A DNA stretch of 64,000 bases from Patescibacteria group bacterium (GTDB taxonomy: Bacteria > Patescibacteriota > Patescibacteriia > UBA9570 > JAHJKD01). Positions 44,623-54,383 of this stretch are shown here, in pieces. The notes beneath the pieces are model-generated. The model ran no database searches. It was given only the letters and a program-made list of their open reading frames with translations, and was not told the DNA's origin. The stretch is taken from NCBI GenBank assembly GCA_041660885.1, contig JBAZVM010000007.1, forward strand, positions 17,896-81,895. Reading direction: 5' to 3'. The first letter of the stretch is position 1; each line of letters begins with the position of its first letter. A program made the position numbers and the translations under genes.

Positions 44623-45998
44623 AATTATTAAACACGCTTTCGCGCAAGAAAGAAACATTCAAACCGATCAACGATAAAAAAGTCGGTGTTTATACTTGCG
44701 GACCGACCGTTTATAACTACGCGCACATTGGCAATTTGCGCACTTATATTTTTGAAGACATTCTAAAACGCGTTCTGCAATATAACGGTTACCGGGTAAA
44801 ACATGTTATGAACATTACGGATGTTGGCCATTTAACTTCCGATTCCGATACCGGAGAAGACAAAATGGAAAAAGGAGCTCTTGATCAAAAAAAGACGGTT
44901 TGGGAACTAGCCAAATTATATATCGCTTCCTTTAAACAAAACATGTCTGATTTAAACCTCCTATCCCCCGAGATTTGGTGCAAGGCTACGGATCATATTA
45001 AAGAACAAATCAGTTTAATAAAAAAGCTGGAAGAAAAAAGTTTTACTTACAAAACAAGCGACGGCGTTTATTTTGACTCTAAAAAATTTAAAAAATACGG
45101 CAAATTAGCCAAGCTCGATATTAAAGGCATGCAAGAAGGGGCTAGAGTAGCTAAAAATTCGGAAAAGAAAAGTATTACGGATTTCGCTTTATGGAAATTA
45201 TCCCCGACCGACAAAAAAAGGCAAATGGAATGGGAATCTCCGTGGGGAAAGGGCTTTCCGGGCTGGCATATAGAATGCTCGGCCATGGCCATGAAATATT
45301 TAGGTGAAACTATCGATATCCATTGCGGCGGTGTTGATCACGTGCCCGTACACCACACGAACGAGCTGGCGCAAAGCGAAGCAGCCACGGGTAAAAAGTT
45401 TGCCAACTATTGGCTGCATGGAGAATTCTTGCTTATTAACGAAGGCCGCATGGGAAAATCAAAAGGTAATTTCATCACCCTGGACACTTTAAAAGAAACT
45501 GGTTACAGCCCGCTCGCCTACCGTTACTTCTGCTTGGGCGCGCATTACAGAAGCAAGCTGAATTTTTCCTTAAAAGCTTTGCAGGGCGCGCAAAATTCCT
45601 TAAACAATCTTAATAAAACCATTTACGATTACGATGATCCTACAGAAGTAGATACGCAATATCAAGAAAAATTCATGAAAGCAATCAACGATGATTTGAA
45701 TATGCCGCAAGCTTTGGCCTTAGTTTGGGAATTGGTTAAATCCGATATGGAAACCGGCAAAAAGTCCGCTACTTTATTTGAGTTTGATAAAGTATTGGGC
45801 CTCCAATTGCAGGAAAGCTTTGACAAAGCCGAAGAGGAAAAAGCCGAAATACCAGATGAAATTTTAAAACTGGCTGAAGACCGCCTGGAAGCCCGCGAAC
45901 AAAAGAACTGGGCGCAAGCGGATAAATTAAGAAAAAAAATCAACAAATTGGGATATAACATCGAAGACGCGAAGGATGGCTATCATATAAAAAAATGA
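44601..45998 (+). CDS. cysS: cysteine--tRNA ligase
   Basis: 465 aa. HIGH motif ([10 protein letters not shown]) and a KMSKS-like motif (RMGKSKGN). An alternative start is at 44613 (MVLKLLNT). Confidence 0.9.
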   Translation: MEEKMVLKLLNTLSRKKETFKPINDKKVGVYTCGPTVYNYAHIGNLRTYIFEDILKRVLQYNGYRVKHVMNITDVGHLTSDSDTGEDKMEKGALDQKKTVWELAKLYIASFKQNMSDLNLLSPEIWCKATDHIKEQISLIKKLEEKSFTYKTSDGVYFDSKKFKKYGKLAKLDIKGMQEGARVAKNSEKKSITDFALWKLSPTDKKRQMEWESPWGKGFPGWHIECSAMAMKYLGETIDIHCGGVDHVPVHHTNELAQSEAATGKKFANYWLHGEFLLINEGRMGKSKGNFITLDTLKETGYSPLAYRYFCLGAHYRSKLNFSLKALQGAQNSLNNLNKTIYDYDDPTEVDTQYQEKFMKAINDDLNMPQALALVWELVKSDMETGKKSATLFEFDKVLGLQLQESFDKAEEEKAEIPDEILKLAEDRLEAREQKNWAQADKLRKKINKLGYNIEDAKDGYHIKK

Positions 45999-46000
45999 GC

Positions 46001-46029
46001 ATAACCCCCCATTTAAAATGGGGGGTTAT
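46001..46029 (+). terminator. hairpin after cysS
   Basis: ATAACCCCCCATTTAAAATGGGGGGTTAT. The track dus start at 46018 falls inside it. Confidence 0.5.
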
Positions 46030-46044
46030 GTGCCAGACAATAAT

Positions 46045-46989
46045 ATGAATTTTTGGCATAAATTAAAAAAACCGATTCTCGTGTTGGCGCCCATGGCCGG
46101 AATAACCGATTCGGCTTTTCGGCAACTGTGCCACGAATATGGAGCGGATGTGGTGTACACTGAAATGACCTCGGCCGACGCCCTGTTTTACGATTCCGTA
46201 AAAACCAAAGAAATGCTGAGCTTTAATAAAAAGGAAAAGCCCGTTGTTTGCCAGCTATTCGGAAAAAGGGTAGATGTATTTCCCAAAGCCTGCCAAATGG
46301 TAGAAAAAGCCGGCTTTTCCGGCATTGATATTAACTTCGGCTGCCCGGCCAGGAAAGTGGTGCGCCATGGCGGCGGCGTCACTTTAATGAAAGATTTAAA
46401 CCACTGCCATAAAATTATAGAAACCGTACTCTCCTCTACCAAGCTGCCTGTATCCGTGAAAATCAGAAAATCCATTGGTGATGTTACAGCTATAGACTTC
46501 TTAAAAAAAATGCGAGACTTAAATATATCTGCCGTGATGATTCATGGCCGCACCTACGAAAAACCCTTTCAAGGAGAAATTGATTATAAAATGATCAAGC
46601 AAGCGAGAAAATATTTTAAGGGAATCATAATCGCTAACGGCAATATCAATTCCGTGGAGCAAGCACAAATAACTTTAAAAAAGACAGGAGCCGATGGCCT
46701 GGGATTGGCCAGAGGGTTATATGGTAAGCCGTGGCTATTTAGAGAAATAAAGAACGCTATGGTTGGCCGTGTGGGGAACGCACATGTGCGTTCCTTACCA
46801 GACATTCCAACTATAGCTATCCGCCATGCGGAATTGCTGCACAAAACCAAAGGCAAGAAAGGCATGTTTGAAGTGCGCAAGCATTTAGCCTTTTATGTTA
46901 AAGGCTTGCCTGATGCCACAAAAATACGCGCCGAGTTAGTGCGCGTTACTAGCGTGGGAGAGGTAAGAAAAATAATGGGGCGTCTATAA
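46045..46989 (+). CDS. dus: tRNA-dihydrouridine synthase
   Basis: I place the start at ATG 46045 (MNFWHKLKKPILVLAPMAGITD). Motifs DINFGCP and HGRT. Contains the in-frame palindrome at 46774-46799. Confidence 0.85.
   Translation: MNFWHKLKKPILVLAPMAGITDSAFRQLCHEYGADVVYTEMTSADALFYDSVKTKEMLSFNKKEKPVVCQLFGKRVDVFPKACQMVEKAGFSGIDINFGCPARKVVRHGGGVTLMKDLNHCHKIIETVLSSTKLPVSVKIRKSIGDVTAIDFLKKMRDLNISAVMIHGRTYEKPFQGEIDYKMIKQARKYFKGIIIANGNINSVEQAQITLKKTGADGLGLARGLYGKPWLFREIKNAMVGRVGNAHVRSLPDIPTIAIRHAELLHKTKGKKGMFEVRKHLAFYVKGLPDATKIRAELVRVTSVGEVRKIMGRL
46774..46799 (+). repeat. GGGAACGCACATGTGCGTTCCTTACC palindromic element inside dus
   Basis: 20-nt palindrome GGAACGCAC(A/G)TGTGCGTTCC, translated as GNAHVRSLP. 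The second copy is at 61533-61558. Confidence 0.8.
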
Positions 46990-47015
46990 CCCCCGGTTTA
47001 AAACCGGGGGATTTT
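46988..47015. terminator. hairpin/terminator between convergent dus and 47014..47691
   Basis: AACCCCCGGTTTAAAACCGGGGGATTTT. Confidence 0.6.
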
Positions 47016-47691
47016 AATCGTCATTCTCATCTCTTCGCCCAAAGAAAATCATCGCGATAATGGGAGCGATAATCCAGGCGAACTTGGTCCACTCATTGGT
47101 GAATATGAATTGCGTGACCGCGGAAAATTTGGTTAAGAACATGGCGGGCATGAACGAGAGAGACACGGAAATAAGCAAACCGACATGCAACAAGCTGAAA
47201 ATTATCACTTGCCACCACTTCCCTTGCGAGGAAGTATCCATGCTGTTTAAGATGGCGGAGCGGGAAAGCAGGAAGAATAATACCACGAATACGGAAATAA
47301 AAGCGGTTATTTGCAAAGAAAAATTTTCATTGATTTTAATATTCAAAACAAAATCCGGCAGAGCGTTTACCACGGCCAAAGCCATGTAGATGCTTACCAA
47401 TATGGCGATGATTCTATCTTTACCCAAAGACATGCCGTACAACAAAGCGCCAACCACGAAAAACGCGGCTAAGAAAAGATCCCACGAGGGATTATTCCAA
47501 TCTAAATTCAATTTTTTCGCTTCCGCCATTAAGTTTCCGGCATTTACTGTGCCGGTGGCGGTTTGATTCGTATTGGCATTGGCCTCTTCTGTGGTGGTTT
47601 GATTCGTGTTGGTATTCTTGGCCTCTTTGTTTTTTTTGTTCTTAACCGCGAGCTGTGTGGGCTGGCTGGCTAGAACCAATGTTTCCTCCAT
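47014..47691 (-). CDS. membrane protein with Asn/Thr-rich N-terminal low-complexity region
   Basis: 225 aa with about 5 TM helices. Confidence 0.5.
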   Translation of the reverse strand: MEETLVLASQPTQLAVKNKKNKEAKNTNTNQTTTEEANANTNQTATGTVNAGNLMAEAKKLNLDWNNPSWDLFLAAFFVVGALLYGMSLGKDRIIAILVSIYMALAVVNALPDFVLNIKINENFSLQITAFISVFVVLFFLLSRSAILNSMDTSSQGKWWQVIIFSLLHVGLLISVSLSFMPAMFLTKFSAVTQFIFTNEWTKFAWIIAPIIAMIFFGRRDENDD

Positions 47692-47714
47692 ATGGTATTA
47701 TTATACCACAAATT

Positions 47715-48905
47715 TTAAAACACGCCAAACCAGCCTGATTTATCCACTGATTCTCCTTTTAATTCAGCCAATTCTTTATAGAGCTTTTTCTCTTTGGCTG
47801 ATAGCTTCTTTGGTATTTTCACGATAACGGTAACCAGCTGGTCACCAGAGCCCCCTCTTTGCAAATGAGGCATGCCTTTTCCTTTAATCTTGAACACTTT
47901 CCCGCTTGGGGTTCCGGCCGGGATGCTTAACTCGCCTTCGCCGTCTATGGTTTGTATGTCTACGGTGGTACCGAGCGCGGCTTGCGCCGGGCTGATTTCT
48001 ATTTCACTTAATATATCGTCTTGTTCTCTTTTAAAATCGCGATGCTTTTTTACTTTAATATGCAGATATAAGTCTCCGGCTCTGCCGCCTTTGGTTCCGG
48101 CCTCTCCTTCGCCATCGAGCCTCATTGTTTGGCCGTCGGCTATGCCAGCGGGTATCTCCACTTTGGTGTTGATAGATTTTTTCACAATGCCCGCGCCTTC
48201 GCATTCGCTACAGGGCTTCTCGTAAATCTTTCCTTCGCCATGGCATTTATCGCAAGCGGCGTATGTGCGGATAGCGCCAAGAATGGTGCGCTGTAGTTGC
48301 GCTATTTGCCCCGTGCCTTCGCATTTGTCGCAATCCTTTATGGGCGTGCCCGGTTCCGCGCCATTGCCCGAACAATTCGGGCATTTTACGGTCTTGTAAA
48401 ATTCCACTTCTTTTTTGGAGCCTGTATAGGCTTCCTCAAAACTAATTTCCATTCTGGCTTCGATGTCTTGGCCGTGCTGGGATCTTCTCCCCCGGCCGCC
48501 TCTTCTTCCGCCACCACCAAACCCAAAAATTTCACTAAATATATCGCCAATTCCGCCTTCGCCAAAATCAAAATTAATACCTTGGCCATCAAATCCGGAA
48601 AATCCTTGCCCGCCTCCTTGGGCTCCTTGCTGGCCTCTGGCGTATTTCATGAAGTCTTCCCAATTCATGCCGCCGCCGAACCCGCCTTGCTGGTCGAAGC
48701 TGCTGCCGAATTGGTCGTATTGTTTTCTTTTTTCTTCATTACCCAAAACCTGATAAGCTTCGTTTATCTCTTTAAACTTTTCTTCGCTTCCCGTGGCTTT
48801 GTCCGGATGGTATTTATGCGCCAGCTTCCTAAAAGCTTTTTTCACTTCATCCTGGCTCGCGCCTTTCTCTACCCCGAGAATTTTGTAGTAGTCTTTATTG
48901 CTCAT
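47715..48905 (-). CDS. dnaJ: molecular chaperone DnaJ
   Basis: I place the start at [12 protein letters not shown] (ATG 48905-48903). The track extension reads into repeat copy 2. HPD motif, G/F region and four CxxCxGxG zinc motifs. Confidence 0.9.
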   Translation of the reverse strand: MSNKDYYKILGVEKGASQDEVKKAFRKLAHKYHPDKATGSEEKFKEINEAYQVLGNEEKRKQYDQFGSSFDQQGGFGGGMNWEDFMKYARGQQGAQGGGQGFSGFDGQGINFDFGEGGIGDIFSEIFGFGGGGRRGGRGRRSQHGQDIEARMEISFEEAYTGSKKEVEFYKTVKCPNCSGNGAEPGTPIKDCDKCEGTGQIAQLQRTILGAIRTYAACDKCHGEGKIYEKPCSECEGAGIVKKSINTKVEIPAGIADGQTMRLDGEGEAGTKGGRAGDLYLHIKVKKHRDFKREQDDILSEIEISPAQAALGTTVDIQTIDGEGELSIPAGTPSGKVFKIKGKGMPHLQRGGSGDQLVTVIVKIPKKLSAKEKKLYKELAELKGESVDKSGWFGVF

Positions 48906-48909
48906 TCGT

Positions 48910-48945
48910 CCTCTCCCCTGACCCCTCTCCATGTCTGGAGAGGGG
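48910..48945 (+). repeat. CCTCTCCCC hairpin repeat, copy 2
   Basis: cctctcccctgacccctctccatgtctggagagggg. Confidence 0.8.
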
Positions 48946-48961
48946 TAAATATTTTATTAAA

Positions 48962-49984
48962 TTATTTTTTAATACCACATTGAACTAATAACTGGTCTAA
49001 TTCTTCTTGTGACTGTGGTAATTTATATCCTGTCATTCCAAGTATAGCTCTTTTAAGTGCGACTGTTTCAAATCCCTGTGCAAAATTATCTATTAATCCT
49101 TGTTGAAAACATTCATTGCTAATTTGACGAAATTGTCTGATATCTTTAATACTACCAATAATAATCCTTATAATTCGAGTAAAAATATCGTGCGAAATAA
49201 CATCGGCAAAATTTTCTTTGAAATAATGGAAAATGTTATCTTCCAACAATGCTCTGACTACCAATAAATCATCGATGGGCTTATGATATTTATCTCTTCT
49301 ATTTAATTCATCACCATAACTATAAATATATGGGCTGTTAGAACTAAATTTTTTTGAAACATTATAATCGCTTTCTATCTTGTTCGCTATATCAGTATGA
49401 TAAGAACCTAAAGCAACTAACACTTTAACTACTGGATGACTTTTATATTTTGGATCTTTACCAATAATAACTGGCAATTCTTCTTCAATCTTACTTCTAA
49501 TATAGCTTTCTCTATGCCGATTATAATCTGAATTTATTGATACTGCTTGTTTTCTTAAAGCAATCGCCTCATCAAAATCTCCATAAATAAATTCATTCAT
49601 TGCTCTATTTTCTTCATCACTTCCATCACTTTTATTAACTAATTCATGTTCTTTCGGTACATCAAAAAAATAAATGTCTTTGTTTGAATTATACAATACT
49701 GCATCTTCTTGCTCCTTAGCATCTTTTGGCCCCCTGCTTTCCTCAATATTTTTTGGTTTCTTTTCTCCTTTGGCAATTTCTCGCAAATAGTCTAATTCTT
49801 CTTGCATCCAACCATAAGCCTCTGGAATATAAATATCAGCCTGTGCGATTAACTTTTGCAGACAAGCAAAATCTTCCATACTACGATGCGCGGAAAAAAA
49901 GAAAGTAATTTCAATCCTCGGCTCGCCTTCTCTGCGTTCCTGATTTGGTCTTATTCCAGGTGTTTTTGATTCTATTGTACCCAT
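48962..49984 (-). CDS. hypothetical protein inserted between dnaK and dnaJ (possible TraB/PrgY/Tiki-like fold)
   Basis: 340 aa. FFFSAHRSMEDFACLQKLIAQADIYIPEAYGW loosely resembles the TraB-family GTAHVS...PD-V-VEL pattern. This is a weak, by-eye match. Confidence 0.5.
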   Translation of the reverse strand: MGTIESKTPGIRPNQERREGEPRIEITFFFSAHRSMEDFACLQKLIAQADIYIPEAYGWMQEELDYLREIAKGEKKPKNIEESRGPKDAKEQEDAVLYNSNKDIYFFDVPKEHELVNKSDGSDEENRAMNEFIYGDFDEAIALRKQAVSINSDYNRHRESYIRSKIEEELPVIIGKDPKYKSHPVVKVLVALGSYHTDIANKIESDYNVSKKFSSNSPYIYSYGDELNRRDKYHKPIDDLLVVRALLEDNIFHYFKENFADVISHDIFTRIIRIIIGSIKDIRQFRQISNECFQQGLIDNFAQGFETVALKRAILGMTGYKLPQSQEELDQLLVQCGIKK

Positions 49985-49993
49985 ACCTCTTAT

Positions 49994-50033
49994 CCTCTCC
50001 CCCCTGACCCCTCTCTACTTCTGGAGAGAAGAG
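49994..50033 (+). repeat. CCTCTCCCC hairpin repeat, copy 3 (degenerate stem)
   Basis: cctctcccccctgacccctctctacttctggagagaagag. Confidence 0.7.
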
Positions 50034-50146
50034 ATTATTAATTATATATTTTTAATTTAAATAATATTATTCTTTATTAAATTATTACCTGAAAGCGCGG
50101 CTAGAGAGCCACGCTTTCTTCGTAGTAATTCAATACCCCATTATAC

Positions 50147-50186
50147 GCCCCTCCCCGGAAAACGGGGAGGGGTTAGGGGGAGAGGC
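50147..50186 (-). repeat. CCTCTCCCC hairpin repeat, copy 4 (inverted orientation)
   Basis: The reverse complement reads gcctctccccctaacccctccccgttttccggggaggggcg. It abuts the dnaK stop codon. Confidence 0.75.
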
Positions 50187-52084
50187 TATTTCTTCGCCTT
50201 AAAATTAGCGTCTTCGGTTTTCTTATCATCCTTCTTCTCCGAGCCCTTCGTGTCTCCGTGATTCTGCTTTGGCGCAGTTTGCTGTTGCTGTTTGTATAAA
50301 ATCTCTCCGATTTTTTGGGCGGCTTTGGAAAGCTCTTCCGTGGCTTTCTTGATGTCGGCCACATTATCGGTAGCGTTTACTTTTTTAAGAGCTTCAATTT
50401 TTTCTTCGATCTTTTTCTTCTCATCAGCCGGAACTTTATCCTTGGCGTCATCCAGCGCTTTTTGCGTGGTATAAGTTAAGGTTTCCGCGATGTTCTTGGT
50501 TTCTATGAGCTCTTTCTTTTTTCTGTCTTCATCCGCATGGATTTCGGCGTCTTTCTGCATTTTGGCTATTTCGTCCTTAGAAAGTCCGGTGGAAGCTTCA
50601 ATGCGGATAGACTGCTCTTTGCCCGTGGCTTTATCGCGCGCCTTTACATTCAAGATGCCGTTGGCGTCGATATCGAAAGTAACTTCAATTTGAGGCATGC
50701 CTCTCGGAGCCGGCGGTATGCCGGATAATATGAAGCGGCCTAAGGTTTTATTGTCCGCGGCCATTTCGCGTTCGCCTTGCAAAACATGGATTTCCACCGA
50801 TGTTTGGCTGTCCGCGGCGGTCGAGAATATCTGCGATTTGGAAGTAGGCACGGTGGTGTTTCTGTTGATCAACGGTGTGCGTACGCCGCCTAAAGTCTCT
50901 AACCCTAAGGTTAAAGGAGTAACATCCAGCAAGAGCACATCGCGCACTTCGCCTTTCAATACGCCGGCTTGTACCGCGGCGCCGATGGCCACTACTTCAT
51001 CCGGGTTCACGGATATGTTCGGCTCTTTGCCGAAAAAGTCTTTAATTAATTTAATGACCATGGGCATTCTGGTTTGTCCGCCCACCAGTACTATCTCGCT
51101 TAACGCGCTTTTATCTATTTTGGAGTCTTCTAAACATTTTTTAACCGGGCCTAGAGTCTGATTCACCAAATCGCCTACTAATTCTTCCAGTTTGGCGCGG
51201 GTAAGCGTAAGCACCAAATGTTTCGGGTTGCCATCTACTTGAGTGATAAACGGTTGATTGATTTCCGAAGTCATAGCCGTGGAAAGCTCGATCTTGGCTT
51301 TTTCCGCCGCGTCTTTCAAACGCTGTAAAGCCGCCGGATCCTTTGATAAATCCACGCCTTCTTGTTTCTTGAATTCTTCTAAAATCCATTTAATCAAAAC
51401 TTGGTCAAAATCATCTCCGCCCAAGTGTGTGTCCCCATTGGTGGCTTTCACTTCTACCGTGTCTTGGCTGACTTCCAAAACAGACACATCAAAAGTGCCG
51501 CCGCCTAAATCGTAGACCAATATTTTTTCGTCTTTCTTTTTATCAAAGCCGTAAGCCAAGGCCGCGGCTGTTGGTTCATTGATGATTCTTTTTACTTCCA
51601 AGCCCGCGATCTTGCCCGCGTCTTTGGTGGCTTGCCTTTGGGAGTCGTCGAAATAAGCCGGCACCGTGATTACGGCGCTGTCTACTTTCTCGCCCAGCCT
51701 TGCTTCGGCATCGGCTTTCAGCTTCTGCAGAACCATGGCCGAGATTTCTTGCGGCGTGTATTCTTTGTCTCCCATTTTTATTTTCACGCGGTCGCCGTCT
51801 TGCACTAAGTCAAAAGGAAACACATCTCTGTCTCTTTTTACTTCGGCATCGTCCCATCTTCGGCCGATCAACCTTTTAATGGAATACACAGTATTCTTAT
51901 GGTTGGTGACAGCCTGCCTTTTAGCCAATTGGCCCACCAGGCGTTCGCCTGATTTGGTCATGGCCACCACGGACGGAGTGGTTCTGGCGCCTTCTTTGTT
52001 TTCCAACACTTTGGGCTGGCCTCCCTCGATTACGGCCACGCATGAGTTGGTTGTTCCTAAGTCAATTCCGATTGTTTTAGACAT
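50186..52084 (-). CDS. dnaK: molecular chaperone DnaK
   Basis: 632 aa. [17 protein letters not shown] and [10 protein letters not shown] signatures. Confidence 0.95.
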   Translation of the reverse strand: MSKTIGIDLGTTNSCVAVIEGGQPKVLENKEGARTTPSVVAMTKSGERLVGQLAKRQAVTNHKNTVYSIKRLIGRRWDDAEVKRDRDVFPFDLVQDGDRVKIKMGDKEYTPQEISAMVLQKLKADAEARLGEKVDSAVITVPAYFDDSQRQATKDAGKIAGLEVKRIINEPTAAALAYGFDKKKDEKILVYDLGGGTFDVSVLEVSQDTVEVKATNGDTHLGGDDFDQVLIKWILEEFKKQEGVDLSKDPAALQRLKDAAEKAKIELSTAMTSEINQPFITQVDGNPKHLVLTLTRAKLEELVGDLVNQTLGPVKKCLEDSKIDKSALSEIVLVGGQTRMPMVIKLIKDFFGKEPNISVNPDEVVAIGAAVQAGVLKGEVRDVLLLDVTPLTLGLETLGGVRTPLINRNTTVPTSKSQIFSTAADSQTSVEIHVLQGEREMAADNKTLGRFILSGIPPAPRGMPQIEVTFDIDANGILNVKARDKATGKEQSIRIEASTGLSKDEIAKMQKDAEIHADEDRKKKELIETKNIAETLTYTTQKALDDAKDKVPADEKKKIEEKIEALKKVNATDNVADIKKATEELSKAAQKIGEILYKQQQQTAPKQNHGDTKGSEKKDDKKTEDANFKAKK

Positions 52085-52258
52085 ATTTATTGATTATTAA
52101 TTAATAAGTCTTATTGTCGTAACCCACATGTATAAAACATGGGGTTACTCCTTTGGATATCTTAGCAGGGTATCCCCACATTTAATGTGTGGGATAACCG
52201 GTCTAGATGTCTCACTCCCCGGCGCGAGGGTTCACGCCAGGTATGTGAACTATCTAAA

Positions 52259-52636
52259 TTATTTCGCCTTAATCTTGATTGTTTTCTTTTTGGCTTGCGG
52301 CGCCTTGGGAATGGTTATTTTCAATAAACCTTCCTTGTATTCGGCTTCCGCTTTTTCGCCATCCACCGCTACGGGCAAAGCCACAGAGCGATGAAAGCCG
52401 CCATAGCGCACTTCCTTGCGGTAATAATTCTTTTCGTCCACTTCGCTCTTTTGTTCGGATTCCCCTTCAATGGTTAACACATCGTTTTCAATGGATATGT
52501 TTACTTTGTTCGGGTCCATCTTCACAACCGGGGTTTCTACCACTACCGCGTCCTTGGTTTGGTAAATATCCAAGGCCGGAGTAAAGTTTTCAAATTCATC
52601 CAAATTCATCATTGGTGACCATGGAATTAATCTCAT
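52259..52636 (-). CDS. Hsp20/alpha-crystallin family small heat-shock protein
   Basis: 125 aa. Alpha-crystallin domain ending GLLKITIPK. Confidence 0.85.
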   Translation of the reverse strand: MRLIPWSPMMNLDEFENFTPALDIYQTKDAVVVETPVVKMDPNKVNISIENDVLTIEGESEQKSEVDEKNYYRKEVRYGGFHRSVALPVAVDGEKAEAEYKEGLLKITIPKAPQAKKKTIKIKAK

Positions 52637-52638
52637 AT

Positions 52639-53136
52639 TTATTTTCCACCTCCTTTCTTTTGTTTACTTATTATAACTTTGGCCGGTCTGATTACTTTAC
52701 CCTGCAGAGTAAAGCCGGCTTGGTTAACCTTAATTATTTTGCCTTCTTCTTGATCCGATTCTTCTTCCGCCACTATCTCGTGCTTGGCTGGATCAAATTC
52801 TTCTCCCAGCACTTTTATTTCTTCTACTCCGTTATCCTGCAATATTTTATTGAAATAATTCTGAATATGTTTGATGCCGGTTAACCACGGGGAATTCTGT
52901 TCTTTTACCGGAATCTGCTTAAAAGCGTGATTAAAATAATCAGCCAGGGGCAATAACTGCATTAACATGTCTTCATTGGAATATTTCCTGAATTCATCCA
53001 TTTGCTTGGTGGTTTCCTTTTGCAAATTCTGGTAATCGGCATTGGCTCTTTTCCATCCGGCCAAATATTCTTCGCATTTTTTACAGATTTGTTGCGGAGA
53101 CGCATTGCCATGCGTCTTTACGTTTTTATTAAACAT
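52639..53136 (-). CDS. grpE: nucleotide exchange factor GrpE
   Basis: 165 aa. ANADYQNLQKE, LPLADYFNHA and FDPAKHEIV motifs. Heat-shock operon context. Confidence 0.85.
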   Translation of the reverse strand: MFNKNVKTHGNASPQQICKKCEEYLAGWKRANADYQNLQKETTKQMDEFRKYSNEDMLMQLLPLADYFNHAFKQIPVKEQNSPWLTGIKHIQNYFNKILQDNGVEEIKVLGEEFDPAKHEIVAEEESDQEEGKIIKVNQAGFTLQGKVIRPAKVIISKQKKGGGK

Positions 53137-53838
53137 TTATTTATTAAAATTATTTATATATTTTATTAAAGAATAATTTAAACCGTAATCCATGCGCGTT
53201 GGGCCCAAAATGCCGAATACGCCGTTTAAGCCGTGCTTAAAATTATATGGCGCCACCACCAAGGAACACTGCGGGCTGAAGGGATTCTTCTCCCCCACTA
53301 AAATCTCCGGCGCTTTTAATTCTTTCTTGTGCAAAGACGCCATTACTTCGTCGAATTGATCGATAATTTCCGATAAATTGTAAATAACTTTTATATCTTG
53401 AAATTCCGGTTTCTGAAATAAATTGGAAATGCCCGTGTAATAAAAACTGTTTTCCTGCAAACTGAGAACGATAGTCTCGTTCGCCAGTTCCGCGATAGCC
53501 TTGCTGATATTTTTTAAAGTCTGCTCCGGATCTTTGCCTGTTTTAGCCAAGCCTGTTAAGGCATCAACATGTTTCTTGTGCAGTTCTATATCTTTGTTGA
53601 AAAAATTATCCAAATAATATTGGTAGCCTTTAGAAGAAGGAACACGACCGGCCGAAGTATGCGGCTGGTGGATGAGACCTTCTTTTTCCAGCTCGGCCAT
53701 GTAATTTCTGGCCGTAGCCGAAGAGCAATCAAGCCCGCAATTTTCCACAAGGAATTCCGAACCCACGGGTTTCGCGGTTTTGATATATTCCTTGATTATG
53801 GCCTGAAATAAGGCATTTTTTCTATCCAAAGCTTTCAT
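53137..53838 (-). CDS. hrcA: heat-inducible transcription repressor HrcA (short form)
   Basis: I place the start at MKALDRKNALFQ (ATG 53838-53836). The track start reads into CIRCE. N-terminal winged helix ATARNYMAELEKEGLIHQPHTSAGRVPS. Confidence 0.8.
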   Translation of the reverse strand: MKALDRKNALFQAIIKEYIKTAKPVGSEFLVENCGLDCSSATARNYMAELEKEGLIHQPHTSAGRVPSSKGYQYYLDNFFNKDIELHKKHVDALTGLAKTGKDPEQTLKNISKAIAELANETIVLSLQENSFYYTGISNLFQKPEFQDIKVIYNLSEIIDQFDEVMASLHKKELKAPEILVGEKNPFSPQCSLVVAPYNFKHGLNGVFGILGPTRMDYGLNYSLIKYINNFNK

Positions 53839-53858
53839 ACTTTGGTATGATAACGTAA

Positions 53859-53885
53859 TTAGCACTCCCCTGTCAAGAGTGCTAA
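53859..53885. promoter_or_regulatory. CIRCE operator (HrcA binding site)
   Basis: TTAGCACTC-ccctgtcaa-GAGTGCTAA, a perfect match to the consensus TTAGCACTC-N9-GAGTGCTAA, about 20 nt upstream of hrcA. Confidence 0.9.
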
Positions 53886-53891
53886 TTCTGT

Positions 53892-53928
53892 CCTCTCCCC
53901 CTAACCCCTCTCCATGTCTGGAGAGGGG
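53892..53928 (+). repeat. CCTCTCCCC hairpin repeat, copy 5
   Basis: cctctccccctaacccctctccatgtctggagagggg. Confidence 0.8.
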
Positions 53929-54020
53929 AGATTGTTATATATAAGATGATGATAAATTTTGGGGAGATGCGCGAAACGGTAGTCGTTTTGAACCGCGCGC
54001 ATCTCTTGTCCCCTCCTCAG

Positions 54021-54326
54021 TCATTCCTTCGGAATCCAGCCGTAGTCTGCGACTCGCGGCGTGTAGTAGGGACCCGCATCCGGATCCCAACACTCGGCCG
54101 CAAACTGGCCGCTTCTAGAGGGGTACAGATGAACCTGACCCCACATCCGGCGCGGCTGGAAGAAATCTGGAAAAAGGGTGACTTCCCCTTCCATCCAGAC
54201 TGCGAATCCTCGTTCTGTGGTCGTATCGAACTCGACCACACAAGCATTCGCATCTTCGTTATAGCCCCGAAGCTCCTGAGGCTTGGGGCAGCCTACTAAG
54301 AACAAAAGCACCAAAAAAAGTCTCAA
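54021..54326 (-). CDS. small lipoprotein (GC-rich island 5)
   Basis: 101 aa. TTG start with SD AGAGGTGGA just upstream. Lipobox FLVGC. GC-rich mature part. Confidence 0.55.
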   Translation of the reverse strand: MRLFLVLLFLVGCPKPQELRGYNEDANACVVEFDTTTERGFAVWMEGEVTLFPDFFQPRRMWGQVHLYPSRSGQFAAECWDPDAGPYYTPRVADYGWIPKE

Positions 54327-54383
54327 GATCCACCTCTCTCTGGTTGAAGTACGCTAACAATGTATAAGCTTATTTCACTTAAG

